Positions 48,785 through 60,173 of a stretch of 64,000 bases of DNA are shown in pieces. Origin of the DNA: an uncultured delta proteobacterium. Lineage in GTDB: Bacteria; Myxococcota_A; Polyangia; Polyangiales; Polyangiaceae. Below the pieces are notes generated by a model. It did no database searches. It saw only the letters and a list, made by a program, of their open reading frames with translations, and was not told the DNA's origin. The position numbers were made by a program, and so were the translations under genes. Location: positions 640,001 to 704,000 of the forward strand of contig CAWKKR010000001.1 in the NCBI GenBank assembly GCA_963850305.1, written 5' to 3'. How positions within the stretch are numbered: position 1 is the stretch's first letter; each line of letters begins with the position of its first letter.

Positions 48785-49948
48785 TCAGGGTAGCGAGTGC
48801 TCGAGCAGGAACTGCGCGGACAGATCAATCCCGTCGATGTCGTTGTTGGGCATGCCGAGCGGGATGAGGTTCTTCGTGAGGCAGTTGGTCGGCGACTCGA
48901 CCTTCATGCCGGGGAGACAGTGCCCCATGCCTTCGACCGAGCAGAGCGTGACGCTCGAGCTCGCTGCGCACTGCGAGTACGTCTGGCAGGTTGCCTGGCC
49001 CTGCTGCAGCGTCGTCTGAGGGGAGTCGACGCAACCGTCACGGTTGGCCCATGTCGTGAAGCTGTCCTGGACGGTCAGCCCGCCGGAGAGACTGACCGTC
49101 GAGTATCCGACCAGGGGATCGGCCGTGCCGTTGATCATGTAGATGGGGATGGGCCGTGAGGGATTGCACTGATCGGGCGGGATCGTCAGCGTGCTGGCCA
49201 TCGCCGCCGCAGCCGCGAAGACATCCGACATCGTGCAGGCGAGCATTTGCGAAAGCATGCCACCGTTGGAAAAGCCGGCGGTGTAGACCCGATGGGTATC
49301 CACGCAGACCTTTGACTCGACGTCCGCGAGGAGCTCCTTTGCGAACACGGTCTCGTCGCGGTGCTTCCCGAGAACGAAATTCGTGCAACAGCTGCCGACG
49401 TCCCAGCTCTGGTCGGGGCTCCGCGGGTGGACGCTGATGGCTGCGTACGAGGCCATGGTTGCGTCGATGTGCGTGAGAGAGCGCGTTTCCTCCGGGCTCG
49501 ACCAGAGTGCGTGCCAGACGACCACGAGCGGAGCCCTCTTCCCGGGTACGACCGTGTTCGGCATCACGAGGACGTAGCCATACGTGAGTCCGTTCGCGCT
49601 GGTGATGGTGAACTCGTGGTCGCCGGGTGAAAGCGTTTGCGAGGGATCGCAGTCCGCTTCTCGTTGCGTCGAGCCTGCATCGACCGCGCCGATCGCGCCA
49701 CCGTCGCTCGTCACGCCGCCGCTGGCTCCGGCGACGTCGCCACCCAAGCCGTTCGCAGCGCCGCTTGCCGACCCGCTCGTTCCGGCGGTGGACGTCCCTG
49801 CAGTCCCACCGCCACCCTCGCCATCGGTGAACGCGCTTCCGCCCGCGCTCGACGCGGTCGATGGCGAGCCACTCGCGGCGCTGCCGCTGCCGCAGGCGGT
49901 CGCGAGCAGCGCCGTCGATACGATGAAGGATCTGACTAGCGCGGACAT
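48785..49948 (-). CDS. PHB-depolymerase/LpqC-family esterase lipoprotein
   Basis: Lipobox 'ATAC'; 'PLVVVWH', 'WDVGSCC', 'GFSNGG', 'GTADPLV', 'GMGH'. Confidence 0.88.
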   Translation of the reverse strand: MSALVRSFIVSTALLATACGSGSAASGSPSTASSAGGSAFTDGEGGGGTAGTSTAGTSGSASGAANGLGGDVAGASGGVTSDGGAIGAVDAGSTQREADCDPSQTLSPGDHEFTITSANGLTYGYVLVMPNTVVPGKRAPLVVVWHALWSSPEETRSLTHIDATMASYAAISVHPRSPDQSWDVGSCCTNFVLGKHRDETVFAKELLADVESKVCVDTHRVYTAGFSNGGMLSQMLACTMSDVFAAAAAMASTLTIPPDQCNPSRPIPIYMINGTADPLVGYSTVSLSGGLTVQDSFTTWANRDGCVDSPQTTLQQGQATCQTYSQCAASSSVTLCSVEGMGHCLPGMKVESPTNCLTKNLIPLGMPNNDIDGIDLSAQFLLEHSLP

Positions 49949-49950
49949 GC

Positions 49951-50931
49951 TCACCGCGAGGACGCGAGGCGGAGCACTTCCGAGTAGCCGGGTGGCGCGC
50001 CGATGAGCCCCTTCTCGCGGAGCATGCGGTGCATCAACGGCAGCCGGTAGAAGGGGACCGCGGCCAGGAGGTGATGCTCGATGTGATAGTTCACGCGGTT
50101 CGGCGCCACCGTGAGTCGGAGGAGGAGGCCCGCGCGAGTCGTACGCGTGTTTTCGAGGACGTCGGGACTCCTCTTCACGCAGCCGTGCTCGGCGATCGAC
50201 CGGATGCGCACGAACAGCGGGTGGGGCGTGAAAAAGGCGAGCACCCAGAGGCCATAGAGCCCGGCGTGGCCACACGCGGCGAGAACGCCAAGGAGAACCG
50301 CGTTCGTGAACAGCATGCCGGAGGCGTTCCGGAAGAAGGCAGCAGGATAGCTGTACAAGGTCCGTCCCGCCTGAGGCAGCCGCTCGACGTCATTGGAAAC
50401 CGTCCAGCGGATCACTTCCGCGTCCATGAGCACGAACGCAGCGAGCGTCTTGAGACCGGTGATGCCCACGAGGTCCCGGACGAGCTTTCTGCGCATGGAT
50501 GCCCGGGTCGTGGGGAAGCCCGCGTGGAGCGTAATGTCCGGGTCCATGTCGGTTCCGGCTTTGCCGTGGTGTCGAAGGTGGTGCGCGCGGTACTTCCCGA
50601 GGTGTTGCCAGACGGGGCGCGCACAGACGTAGTCCGTCAGTACATCGTTGAGCCACCGCGTCCGGAACAGCGTGCGGTGAGAGCCCTCGTGCTGGAGGAT
50701 CGCGAGCCCGAGCTGCCTTCCGGCAATGATCGAGAGCGCCACGACGAACGTGAGCGGCCCCGGCGCCTTCGCCACGAGCACGAAGGCCAGGGCGATGAGC
50801 CCCCAGTTTCCGAGGATTGCCAGGGCGCCCCTCAGATCGGAGCGCTCGGCGAGCCTGCTGATCTCCTCCCTCGAGAGGAACTCACTGAGCTTTCGGGTCG
50901 ATGCCTGTTCGGTGAACGTTGAGTCCGTCAT
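49951..50931 (-). CDS. Membrane fatty acid desaturase family protein
   Basis: Three His boxes: HEGSH, HLRHH, HIEHH. Confidence 0.92.
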   Translation of the reverse strand: MTDSTFTEQASTRKLSEFLSREEISRLAERSDLRGALAILGNWGLIALAFVLVAKAPGPLTFVVALSIIAGRQLGLAILQHEGSHRTLFRTRWLNDVLTDYVCARPVWQHLGKYRAHHLRHHGKAGTDMDPDITLHAGFPTTRASMRRKLVRDLVGITGLKTLAAFVLMDAEVIRWTVSNDVERLPQAGRTLYSYPAAFFRNASGMLFTNAVLLGVLAACGHAGLYGLWVLAFFTPHPLFVRIRSIAEHGCVKRSPDVLENTRTTRAGLLLRLTVAPNRVNYHIEHHLLAAVPFYRLPLMHRMLREKGLIGAPPGYSEVLRLASSR

Positions 50932-50969
50932 GGTTTGCTTCCAACTGGGCGCGCCAGACGCCTGTCGGA

Positions 50970-50999
50970 ATGGTATACGTGACGTATACGTTGCGTCAA
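50970..50999 (-). promoter_or_regulatory. Sigma70-type promoter of the desaturase with overlapping palindromic operator
   Basis: Minus strand TTGACG (50999-50994), 18-bp spacer, TACCAT (50975-50970); perfect inverted repeat GTATACGT-G-ACGTATAC at 50973-50989. Confidence 0.75.
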
Positions 51000-51220
51000 G
51001 GGATGTCCACGCCCACCTCGTCTCGCCGCGCTGCGCCGCGCGAGATTGCCGTTTATCGACGCGGCCTTGTGCTCAGCGCCGTGGTTTCGACGGGTTCGTT
51101 TCGACATGACGGAGCTCTTGGCCGTGTGCGTCGCACGGCGGCTGGAACGTCACGTCCCGGGAGCGGCAGGACACGGCCAGTATACTGGCCGCATATCTCG
51201 GCCGCGGCGGATCGGGTAGA

Positions 51221-53596
51221 GTGAAACAAGTAGGGATGTCTGTCTTCGCCCGGCTCGTCGTATGCGCGGCGCTCGTGAGCGCTTGCTCCGTCTACGAGCC
51301 GTCGCTGCTGCGGGAGTCCGTGTCCGGAAGCGGCGGTGCCGCGGCGGCCGGCGGGGCTTTGGTCACGAGCGACGCGAGTGCCGGAGCCGGCGGGTTCAGC
51401 TTCACGGACGACGCGAGCGCCGGCGCCAGCCTGGGCGGGGGAGCTGGCGCCGACGGCTCTGCGTCGCGGGGTGGTTCTGATGGCGGGTTGGGCCGCCCAG
51501 ACGGCGCGGTTCCGAGCTGCCACGACGGTATCGCCAACGGCGCGGAGACCGACGTGGACTGCGGAGGGACCTGTAGCCCTTGCGCGGGCGGGTCCACGTG
51601 CGCCGCAAGCGCCGACTGCGCGAGCAAGCTGTGCGTCGGAAGGGTCTGCACGAATGCGTCCTGCACCGACAGTGTCAAGAATGGTTCGGAGAGCGACGTC
51701 GACTGCGGAGGTGCCTGCGCCGCGTGCGCGACCGGGTACGCTTGCGCCACGGGCGCGGACTGCGTCAGCGAGGTGTGCAGCGGCGACATATGCCAGGTTG
51801 CTAGCTGCCGCGACGGGGTCAGGAACGGCATCGAGAGCGACGTCGACTGCGGCGGCCCCTGCAGCGCCTGCCCGGTGGGGAAAGCGTGCAGGACCGGGTC
51901 CGACTGCACGAGCGGGGCGTGCAGCGGCGACGCGTGCACGGCGCCGAGCTGCTCGGACGGCGTGAACAACGGCGCGGAGACCGACGTGGACTGCGGCGGC
52001 GGCACGTGCCCGGTCTGCGCGAACGGCAAGAGGTGCACCACCGGTGTCGACTGCACCAGCACGTTCTGCTCCGGCGGCGTCTGCACACCCCCCGGCTGCA
52101 ACGACGGCGTGAAGAACGGCACCGAGACTTCCGTGGACTGCGGCGGCCCGAGCTGCGGTCCGTGCGCGGATGGCGCCACGTGCGGCACCGGAGCGGACTG
52201 CGCGAGCAAGAGTTGCGCGGCGGGTCAGTGCGTGGCCGCGACCTGCAGCGACACGATCCAGAACGGCGCAGAGACGGGGATCGACTGCGGCGGCGGCTCC
52301 TGCGGCGAGTGCGGCGTGGGCCAGGGCTGCAGCACGGGGAGCGACTGCACGAGCGGCGTCTGCACCGACAGCCAGTGCCACGCGCCGAGCTGCTCGGACA
52401 GCGTGAAGAACGGCACCGAGACTTCCGTGGACTGCGGCGGCGGCTCCTGCTCGGGCTGCGCGGCGGGGGCCTCCTGCGTCACGCCGGGGGACTGTCTGAG
52501 CAACGTGTGCACGAGCAATCTCTGCCAGGCCGCGACCTGCTCGGACGGCGTGAAGAACGGGGCCGAGACTGGAATCGACTGCGGCGGGACCTGCCTTCCC
52601 TGCGGGTTCCGCAAGACGTTGACGATCCAGGGTGCCCAGGTCACGGCCAGTCTCGTCGACTTCCCGGTCCTCGTCTCGGTAGCGGACGCTCAGTTCGGGG
52701 CGGCGGCACGCACCGATGGCACCGACATCGTGTTCCGCGATGACTCCGGCACCGTGCTCGATCTCGAGGTCGAGTCTTTCACTTCGGCGACGGGACGCCT
52801 CACCGCCTGGGTACGGTTGCCCCTCGTCTCCGCGGGGACCAACACGGTCTTCTACATGTACTACGGCGATACGGCCAACCACTGGAACGCCGCCTCCGGC
52901 TACAACCCGACCGGCGTCTGGAGCAACGGATACACGAGAGTCTGGCATATGCAGAACGTGGCCGCCCTCACGGACTCCACGGGGGCCGGCAACGCCACCA
53001 ACAACGGCGCCGCGAACACCACCGGCCTCATCGGCGGCGCGGCCTACTTCGACGGGACCGACAGCATGTACGCGTCCCACGCCGCGATCGACGGAGCCAG
53101 CTTCACCGTGTCCGTATGGCTGAAGCGGGCCGATACCGACGTCGATCGATGCGTGCTCACCCAAGGCCGCATCTCCACCGCGCCCGGTACGCGCCAGCTA
53201 TTCCACTTGTGTTACGAACAAGATCCGAGCCCAGCCATCAACAATCATTTCAGATTCGGCTTCTGGAGCGACGATCTCCTTTCCACCAATGCGTATACCG
53301 ACACCACGAACTACGAATACTGGGTCGGCACGTATGACGTTTCCAGCAACGCGAGGGCGCTCTACAGAAACGGAGCGTCGGAAGGCAGCGGCACCAGCGG
53401 CGGGAGCCTGAGCACAGGGAGCGACCCGCTCGAGTTCGGTCGTAGGGTGTACTGGTGGGACTACACGTGGAAGGGCAACCTCGACGAGATCCGCTTCTCC
53501 AGCGTTCCCCGCCCCGGGAACTGGATCGCGGCCGAGTATGCGAACGAGCGCGCAGGCTCGACGTTCCTGACGGTCGGCGCGCAAGAAGCGCTGTAG
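51221..53596 (+). CDS. Lipoprotein with 8 Cys-rich repeats, DUF2341 and LamG-like domain
   Basis: Lipobox 'VSAC'; 8 x 'C.D...NG.E...DCGG'; 'DFPVLV..DGTDIVF..AWVRLP..YMYYG'; 'FTVSVW..WKGNLDEIRFS'. Confidence 0.88.
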   Translation: MKQVGMSVFARLVVCAALVSACSVYEPSLLRESVSGSGGAAAAGGALVTSDASAGAGGFSFTDDASAGASLGGGAGADGSASRGGSDGGLGRPDGAVPSCHDGIANGAETDVDCGGTCSPCAGGSTCAASADCASKLCVGRVCTNASCTDSVKNGSESDVDCGGACAACATGYACATGADCVSEVCSGDICQVASCRDGVRNGIESDVDCGGPCSACPVGKACRTGSDCTSGACSGDACTAPSCSDGVNNGAETDVDCGGGTCPVCANGKRCTTGVDCTSTFCSGGVCTPPGCNDGVKNGTETSVDCGGPSCGPCADGATCGTGADCASKSCAAGQCVAATCSDTIQNGAETGIDCGGGSCGECGVGQGCSTGSDCTSGVCTDSQCHAPSCSDSVKNGTETSVDCGGGSCSGCAAGASCVTPGDCLSNVCTSNLCQAATCSDGVKNGAETGIDCGGTCLPCGFRKTLTIQGAQVTASLVDFPVLVSVADAQFGAAARTDGTDIVFRDDSGTVLDLEVESFTSATGRLTAWVRLPLVSAGTNTVFYMYYGDTANHWNAASGYNPTGVWSNGYTRVWHMQNVAALTDSTGAGNATNNGAANTTGLIGGAAYFDGTDSMYASHAAIDGASFTVSVWLKRADTDVDRCVLTQGRISTAPGTRQLFHLCYEQDPSPAINNHFRFGFWSDDLLSTNAYTDTTNYEYWVGTYDVSSNARALYRNGASEGSGTSGGSLSTGSDPLEFGRRVYWWDYTWKGNLDEIRFSSVPRPGNWIAAEYANERAGSTFLTVGAQEAL

Positions 53597-53889
53597 ACGC
53601 GTCCGGTTCCGGCGCGTTCACTTTGTCCAGGGCTCCTCGCGCGCCAGCTTCGAGGGGGAAAAGGACGAATCACGCTTTCTCTCTCGTGAACCACGATCGC
53701 GTGATCATGCGTAGAACGCTCGCCGTCTGTCGGGCCGGCGCGCCACGAGTGTCGTGCCCGAACCGCGAACAAGCCTGGGTTCGCGTAAGTTCCGGGAATC
53801 ACGGTATATTGTGGCATCGTTATCCCGTACCCCTATCGCGAAGACCTCGTGATAGAAGGATGGGTGGAGGTGGTGCCGTGGGGACGTCC

Positions 53890-56800
53890 ATGGGGCGGAT
53901 CGGGTTGCTCTTGCTCGGTGGGGTCGTCGTGGCGGGGGCCATGGGCGGCTTCATCGGGTACATGGACTACACGCACCGACACGTACCGCCGGTCGTGCCG
54001 CCGCCCGCGCACGGGCGGGTTCCACCGCCGCCCGGAAAGGTGGAACGGGGGCTCGCGCTCGCGAAGTCGACGAAGGAGATGCGCCGCACGCTCGACGACG
54101 CTTACCGTCTCGGCCCGGACGCGCGCTTCGTCAGCGCGCTCACGGACGTGGAGCGGCTGCTAACCGGTTCGTCAGGCCCGGACCCGAAGGCGGTATTCAC
54201 GGGAACCGAGTGGCGGATCACCCGCGGCGCGACGGTCATCGGCGCACTGCCGGAGCTGGCGGATCTGCCCGACGCGCTCGCGATGCTCGACGCGCGCATC
54301 ACCGAGCTCGCACCACCGGGCAAGCCGTTTTCGGCAAAGAAGGCGGATCGAGCCGCCGACGCTTCGACGGACGAGCCGCTCGTCGAACTGGACTCGGCCC
54401 TCGCGCAGTTGCCATCGCTCGACGCGCAATGGCGAGCGGGTGCGCCGGATGCAGCGACCGTTCTGTCGACGTGGCGCGCGCTGCTCTCCATCGCCGTGGA
54501 GACGCCGGACTTGCTCGGTGTCGGCGACGGCATCGGCTCGAACGCGCTCGCGGTGCTGGCACTGGCGCGTCGTTCGGGCGTGACCTCGGGCTCGACGGAA
54601 GCGCTCTTCGCGGACGCGCTCGGTTATGGCGCCGCCGCTAAGCAAGTCGCCGCGACCCTTCCGGATGGCGACGCAGTGAGGGCGTTCATCGAGCAAAACG
54701 ACGAGGTTCTTTCCAGGGCGGCCAGCGCGAGCGGGTCCTTCACTGCTCGCTACCTGTGGCTCCGGCGGCTGGTGTGGCGGGACGAACATCGCGCCGAGCA
54801 GACGTGGCGCGCGAAGCAATTCGCCGGACAGGAAGCGGCGCTCTGGATGCTCGCGACACGTCTCCGCGGATTCGATTTCGGCGATCGATCCATGCTGGGC
54901 AGTGCGGGACCTCCGCTGATCGTTCTTGCGACGGCGATCGCCGCAGGTCAGGTGACCCCGGCCACGGTGAAGCCGGACCCGAGCATCGAGCTTGCCGCGC
55001 TCCGCGCCGGAACCACGCTCGGTTTGCTCCCCGGAAGCATCCCGGCGCGCTTCGACGATGCGCTCGGCAAGCTCGTCGCATCGTACGGGAAGGATTCACG
55101 CCTGGGCAGCGCCGTTCACTCGGCCTGCCTTCAATCGCTGATGTACTCCGCGTTCGGCGACGCCGCGTTCTTCGCCGCCGATCAGCTCGGCTCCGCGCCG
55201 GCAGCGCATCGGCTCGCGGAGAGTCTCGGCGAGAGCTCGTCGCCCGCGTTCAAGGCATTCCGGCGGTGGCTCGAAGTGATCACCCAGGCGATGACGCGCG
55301 ACGTCGGTGTGGGTACCGTGACGGCAGCCGTCGACGGGATCCGACCGCTCGGTGACGGCGCGCTGCGGAGGCTCTACGACTCGGTGAACGAGACCGCGGA
55401 CTGGGACGATCCGCGCTACGCGACGGTGGCGAAGCGCTTCGCCGCCAGGTACGACGCTCGGCCGGCGGATCGGTACGCATTCGGCAACGTCGTCTACGGT
55501 CTGCGCGACCCTGTCCTCTACGAGAAGTACTACACGAGCGCGCTGGCAGCCGATCCGGGGCGATACGCGGCAACCGAGCTGTGGTGGGCTCGCGCCGTCG
55601 ACGACACGGCGAAACTCCGAAAGTGGATCGCCTCCCCGCTCCTGCGATCCGACGCGCGGGGCGACGCCATCGAGTACCTGGAGAAGAAGGGTGCGTTGAC
55701 ACACGCGGAAGCGGAGGCGGCGTTTGCTCGCTCGCTCGATCCTTCGCGCGACGACTGGAGCGACCGCCACGCATTCGTCAAGTACCTCGACGACCACAAG
55801 GAATACGAGGAGGCCCGCAAGGTCATCGACGACTGGGTCCGCGGCCGCCAGGTAGACTCCGGGTTTCACGCCATCTACGCCGACGTCGCGCGGTCGTGGT
55901 CCTTCTACAAGGAGGGGCTTTATGCGGAATCGTGGAAGGCAGTCGAGCCTTCCGTGGGAAGCATGGCAGCGGGCCCGCTCGAGCGCGGCGCGCTCGCGCT
56001 CGCCCGACTCGGGAAAGGCGATCGCGCGATCGACCTGGCGCGGAGCGCGGTGACCCGTTATCCGCAGGCTGCCGTGAACGCGATCGTGCTCGCGGAGGTG
56101 TACTGGATCCTCGGCAGGGATGCCGACGCGGGGATCGCGCTCCGCGACTGCCCGATGCTCGAGAACCTGAATGTCCGGGTGGAGGTCGGCAAGCGGATGA
56201 TGGACGCTCTCTCCGCGCAACCCGACTCCCGTGTGATCGAAGCGATCGACCGCACCGATGTGCCGAGCGCGGACCGCTGCGATTTGATGGACGCCGTGCA
56301 CGACGCGGGCAACGATCGGCTCGCGTTCCAGGTCGCCGAGAAGCTCCTTTCCGAGCGGCCCGGTCGCCCGATGCGCCTCCTCATCAGTGGTTACGAATTT
56401 CTCCGCGCCCTCAAGGGCGAAGTCGAAGCGACCGCGTGGATCGACCGCGGCCTCGGCGCGAACGACCGACTGCGGATGACGATGGCTAGCTGGGCGTACG
56501 ACCACGGGGACGATTCGCTCCTCTGGACGGTGGCGCCGCGGGTAACGCCACCCGGCGACGAGGGCGAATTCCTCTGGCTCATGCGCGCTGCCGCGAGCGT
56601 CCGTTCACGGGACCCGGATCCGCAGCACCTCGCGCAGATGAAGGCCTACTTCTCGCACTCCTCCGGGTACGCCGCGAAGGTGGGCCGACGGTTGCTCGGC
56701 ATGACGACCGACGAAGACGTCCTCTCGAGTCTCGCGAACGTGCATCGGGAGTGCGAGGCCGGCTACTACCTTGGCCTCGTCGCCGAATCCGAGGGTCGTC

Positions 56801-57009
56801 TGGTGGACGCCGTGACCTGGTACCGCGCGTCGGTCGAGACTGCGTCGAAAGCCGACGCCGAGTACCGCTGGGCCTCCCTGCGGCTTCGTGCGCTGACCGG
56901 CGTCACGACGCTCGCCCGGCGCGAGGCCGACCTGAAGGCGGCGAGCGCCGCGTCGGCGACGGGGCGCAACGTAGCCCGGACGACTTTGCCGGAGGTGCGC
57001 AAGCCGTAG
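53890..57009 (+). CDS. Large membrane-anchored helical/TPR protein with NlpI-like C-terminus
   Basis: N-terminal TM; long uninterrupted ORF; 'CEAGYYLG..A..WYR..EYRWA'. Confidence 0.78.
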   Translation: MGRIGLLLLGGVVVAGAMGGFIGYMDYTHRHVPPVVPPPAHGRVPPPPGKVERGLALAKSTKEMRRTLDDAYRLGPDARFVSALTDVERLLTGSSGPDPKAVFTGTEWRITRGATVIGALPELADLPDALAMLDARITELAPPGKPFSAKKADRAADASTDEPLVELDSALAQLPSLDAQWRAGAPDAATVLSTWRALLSIAVETPDLLGVGDGIGSNALAVLALARRSGVTSGSTEALFADALGYGAAAKQVAATLPDGDAVRAFIEQNDEVLSRAASASGSFTARYLWLRRLVWRDEHRAEQTWRAKQFAGQEAALWMLATRLRGFDFGDRSMLGSAGPPLIVLATAIAAGQVTPATVKPDPSIELAALRAGTTLGLLPGSIPARFDDALGKLVASYGKDSRLGSAVHSACLQSLMYSAFGDAAFFAADQLGSAPAAHRLAESLGESSSPAFKAFRRWLEVITQAMTRDVGVGTVTAAVDGIRPLGDGALRRLYDSVNETADWDDPRYATVAKRFAARYDARPADRYAFGNVVYGLRDPVLYEKYYTSALAADPGRYAATELWWARAVDDTAKLRKWIASPLLRSDARGDAIEYLEKKGALTHAEAEAAFARSLDPSRDDWSDRHAFVKYLDDHKEYEEARKVIDDWVRGRQVDSGFHAIYADVARSWSFYKEGLYAESWKAVEPSVGSMAAGPLERGALALARLGKGDRAIDLARSAVTRYPQAAVNAIVLAEVYWILGRDADAGIALRDCPMLENLNVRVEVGKRMMDALSAQPDSRVIEAIDRTDVPSADRCDLMDAVHDAGNDRLAFQVAEKLLSERPGRPMRLLISGYEFLRALKGEVEATAWIDRGLGANDRLRMTMASWAYDHGDDSLLWTVAPRVTPPGDEGEFLWLMRAAASVRSRDPDPQHLAQMKAYFSHSSGYAAKVGRRLLGMTTDEDVLSSLANVHRECEAGYYLGLVAESEGRLVDAVTWYRASVETASKADAEYRWASLRLRALTGVTTLARREADLKAASAASATGRNVARTTLPEVRKP

Positions 57010-57236
57010 CCGACGCCACACCGGGCGGAGAGGCCGGACCTCAGGGGCCGACCCGGTCGCGACGACAGCGGTGAGCAAGACCCCTGGCACGAGGCCATCG
57101 AGAACGGCGTGGCCGACTTGAATGAGGTCACGCTTGCCCTCCCCGGCCCGAGCCGCTCCATCAGGTAGCCATGTAGCTCGAAGAGGGCCACCGTGGCAGC
57201 CACCCACCGGAGAGTGGCCACGCTCCGATCGTTGGC

Positions 57237-58061
57237 TTGGGCGGCTGGCGTCTTCTCGTTGCCGATCTCTGGATCGCCGGCACGACCGGCACGCTCTCCG
57301 TCTACCGGGGCTCGCCCACGGCCGCGTCCGGAACGAGCGTGATCTCGACGAGCGGCCGCCCCGCTGGCCTCGCCATCGATACGACCGCCTCGAAGGTGTA
57401 CTGGGTCAACGGCAGCCTGATCCCCCAGGCGGTGCAGCGCGCCGGCTTCGACGGCACCGGCCTCGAGACGCTGTCCGCGACGGAGGGAACCGGCTCGAAC
57501 ACGCAGATCGGCGGCATCGCCGTCGACCCCGGCAACGCTCTCTACTGGTACGCGGCCGGCGTCGGCATCCGCCGGGTCTCCCTCGCCTCGGCGAACACCA
57601 GCGGTACCGGGCAGCTCATCGTGCCCGGGGTGGCGTCCTCCCAGATCGCCGTCGCGGGCGGCAAGCTCTACTACAACGATGCGCTCTCGTCGTCGCTCTA
57701 TCGCAGCGAGCTCGACGGCACGAACGCGCAGGTGGTCGTGCCCCACCTGGTTGACGATTTCGCCGTCGATTACATAGGCAATCACATCTACTGGCTCAGG
57801 TGGTTCGACTTCGCCTCCCTGAACCTCTTTCGCACGAACCTCGATGGCTCCGGGCAGCAGATCGCGGCGTCAGGCTCTCAGTTCACGGACGACTTCAACC
57901 TCGCCGGGTTCGTGGTCGATCCGTGGCAGAAGACGATCCTGATCGCATCCTCCGACTACGTGCAGACGGTGCCGGACGGCAACCTGACGGCTCGCGCAAA
58001 ACTCACCGCCTGGGCGACCAACGTCGGCGGCATCGCCCTCAGTGGGTGCGCCACACCTTGA
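57237..58061 (+). CDS. YWTD/LDL-receptor-like beta-propeller protein, apparently lacking its N-terminus
   Basis: 'GLAIDT..KVYW', 'GIAVDP..LYW', 'KLYYND..RSELDG', 'FAVD..IYW..RTNLDG'; no signal peptide. Confidence 0.7.
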   Translation: MGGWRLLVADLWIAGTTGTLSVYRGSPTAASGTSVISTSGRPAGLAIDTTASKVYWVNGSLIPQAVQRAGFDGTGLETLSATEGTGSNTQIGGIAVDPGNALYWYAAGVGIRRVSLASANTSGTGQLIVPGVASSQIAVAGGKLYYNDALSSSLYRSELDGTNAQVVVPHLVDDFAVDYIGNHIYWLRWFDFASLNLFRTNLDGSGQQIAASGSQFTDDFNLAGFVVDPWQKTILIASSDYVQTVPDGNLTARAKLTAWATNVGGIALSGCATP

Positions 58062-58091
58062 ACGCGACCCCGCCGTCGCGGGCGGTGTGGT

Positions 58092-60019
58092 TCACGGGCA
58101 GGCGACGCGCGACCATCTGGGGGCCTTGTTCGGATCCGTCTCTACGACGACCAATGACGACCCGGCCGCCGTCATGGCGCGGTAGGTAGAGGCGAGCGGG
58201 ACCGTAACCGGCGGAGCACCAGGGTCCACCTTCATGGCGGAGTTCAGCCGCAGGATGCGGGTCGCCGTCGCGTCGCTCACGGCAACGGCCGCGGCGACAT
58301 CGACGGCCGCGAAGCCCACCGGGAGCGAGCTGTCGACATTGATGGGGGAGCCGATCTGGGTTGCCCCCGGCGGCATCAACGCCACCTGAGTGCCAACCTG
58401 CGTGCCATCGGTGCACCCGAACGCGACCCCGATCCCGTTGCGCAACAGCGCGCCCGTGACCCGGACAGTGGCGTCCACGCACCAGGGGAACGGCGTGGGC
58501 GCCGTCGTGACGCCGCCGGGGCTCAGCGGGGCAACATAGATGGTCCCCGGCGACGTGCTCGGGTCTACCCAGACCGCCCCTCCGGCGGCCGGGTCGGTCG
58601 GGATGAGGGCGCCGGTTCCGGCAAACTGCGCGAGCTCAGCGTACTGGGCCACGGTCCCGTTGGGCAGGGGCTCGAGGATCGCACCGACGACCCGGACGAA
58701 CTCCACTCCGCCTACCAAAGCGCCGGCCGCGGCGACGTAGGCGCCCTGCAGCGATGCCAGCGCGTACACGCCGGTGACCGAGACTCCGCTGGCGAGCGTC
58801 ACTGGACCCCACCCGGAGGCAACGCCGGTGGTCGGATCGACGGACCCGAACCAGATGGGGCAGGTGCCCGCCGGCGTGCACGCCGGATCGGCTCCCTCGG
58901 CGAGCACCGCGAGCCTTCCTTGACCCGGAGCGATGGCCACCGAGCCGACGGTGGTCGGCATGGTGAGCGTGATGATTTCCGGCGGCCCGGTGCCCGAAGG
59001 AAACGTCGCGACGTCAATCGTGGTCGGCGTGCCTCCGGTCCCGGACCCCGAGCCCACCGCCTGCGCAAAGTACGCATATTGTCCGTCCGTCGCGGCGGCG
59101 ATCGGGCCCGCCGGGACGCCCGTGAGCTGGAGCGGCCCCGTGCTCACCGTCCAGGCGAATCCTTCGTCGACCGAGCCGTCTCCGTTGTCGTCGATGAAGT
59201 TACACGTTTCGACGCCGCTGCCCGCCCCGGCGACACCGCCGAAGCCCCCGACGCCGCCGAAGCCCCCGACGCCCGTCGCGCCTCCCGCGCCGCCGACACC
59301 GACGGAAGGTCCGCACGACTGGGCACACAAAGTCGGAATCTCCGGCACACTGGACGATGTCCTGGGCACCCGGCAGCGTGCTCGCCGGGCACTGTCCGCT
59401 ACACGCTGCGGGATTCACGCAGCCCAGTCCGTGAAGGCATGAGCCAAGCATCTCGCATTCGGTCGGGTCCGACGCCGCGGTGCACGCAGTGAGACCAGAA
59501 GCACATCGGCTACAAACGCAGGACGCACACGAGTCCCATCCGCCGGCGGCGCGGCACTGGGCCACCGTCGGCGAAAAGCAAACCCCACTGCAAGCTCTGC
59601 CCTGCTGGACGCAATCCGAAAGCTCCCCGAGAAAGCCGTACGGCCTGAAAATCCGGACACGCACTGCCGCAACTGTCGGCCGATGTGCACGCGCTGTCGA
59701 GGACACACCGAGTCGCCGCGGCGCAGTCGGCGCCCGCCGCTTCACAGTCCTGGAGGGCCTTGCCGCAGCTGTTGCACATGCAGTTCATGCAGGCGCCCGC
59801 GTCGCTGCCACACGTGCTCGGCGTCCCGCCGCGAGCCGACGCATCTGCGCCGCCCTGACCGCCGGCGCCTCCGCTCGACGGAGTACCCCCTGCGCCGGCT
59901 CCGCCGTCGAGCGTCGTGGTGCGAAGCTTGCGATCCTGGATGCCGAGAATGACCGAGCAGCCGGTGATGGCAGCGAACAGCACCGGAGCGAACCCTCGAG
60001 TGTACGGAAGTCGCTTCAC
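58092..60019 (-). CDS. Cys-rich lipoprotein with 'ETCN.IDD..DG.VDEG' metal-binding motif and beta-rich C-terminal domain; two frameshifts (about 59650 and 59335)
   Basis: Lipobox 'ITGC'; CxxCxCxxC modules continue over three frames. Confidence 0.7.
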
Positions 60020-60173
60020 GACACTTCCAGGGTACGCCGGTTTCCGCTTCGCGTCTCCGGCGGTCGAACCGCGGGATAACACGGTCTCCACGTCCGGCAT
60101 GGGAACCTGGGCGCCGGCATCCGCTGGAGACTCGAGTTCGAGTGACGCCGCTGGCGGTGCCCCCGCCGGCGGA

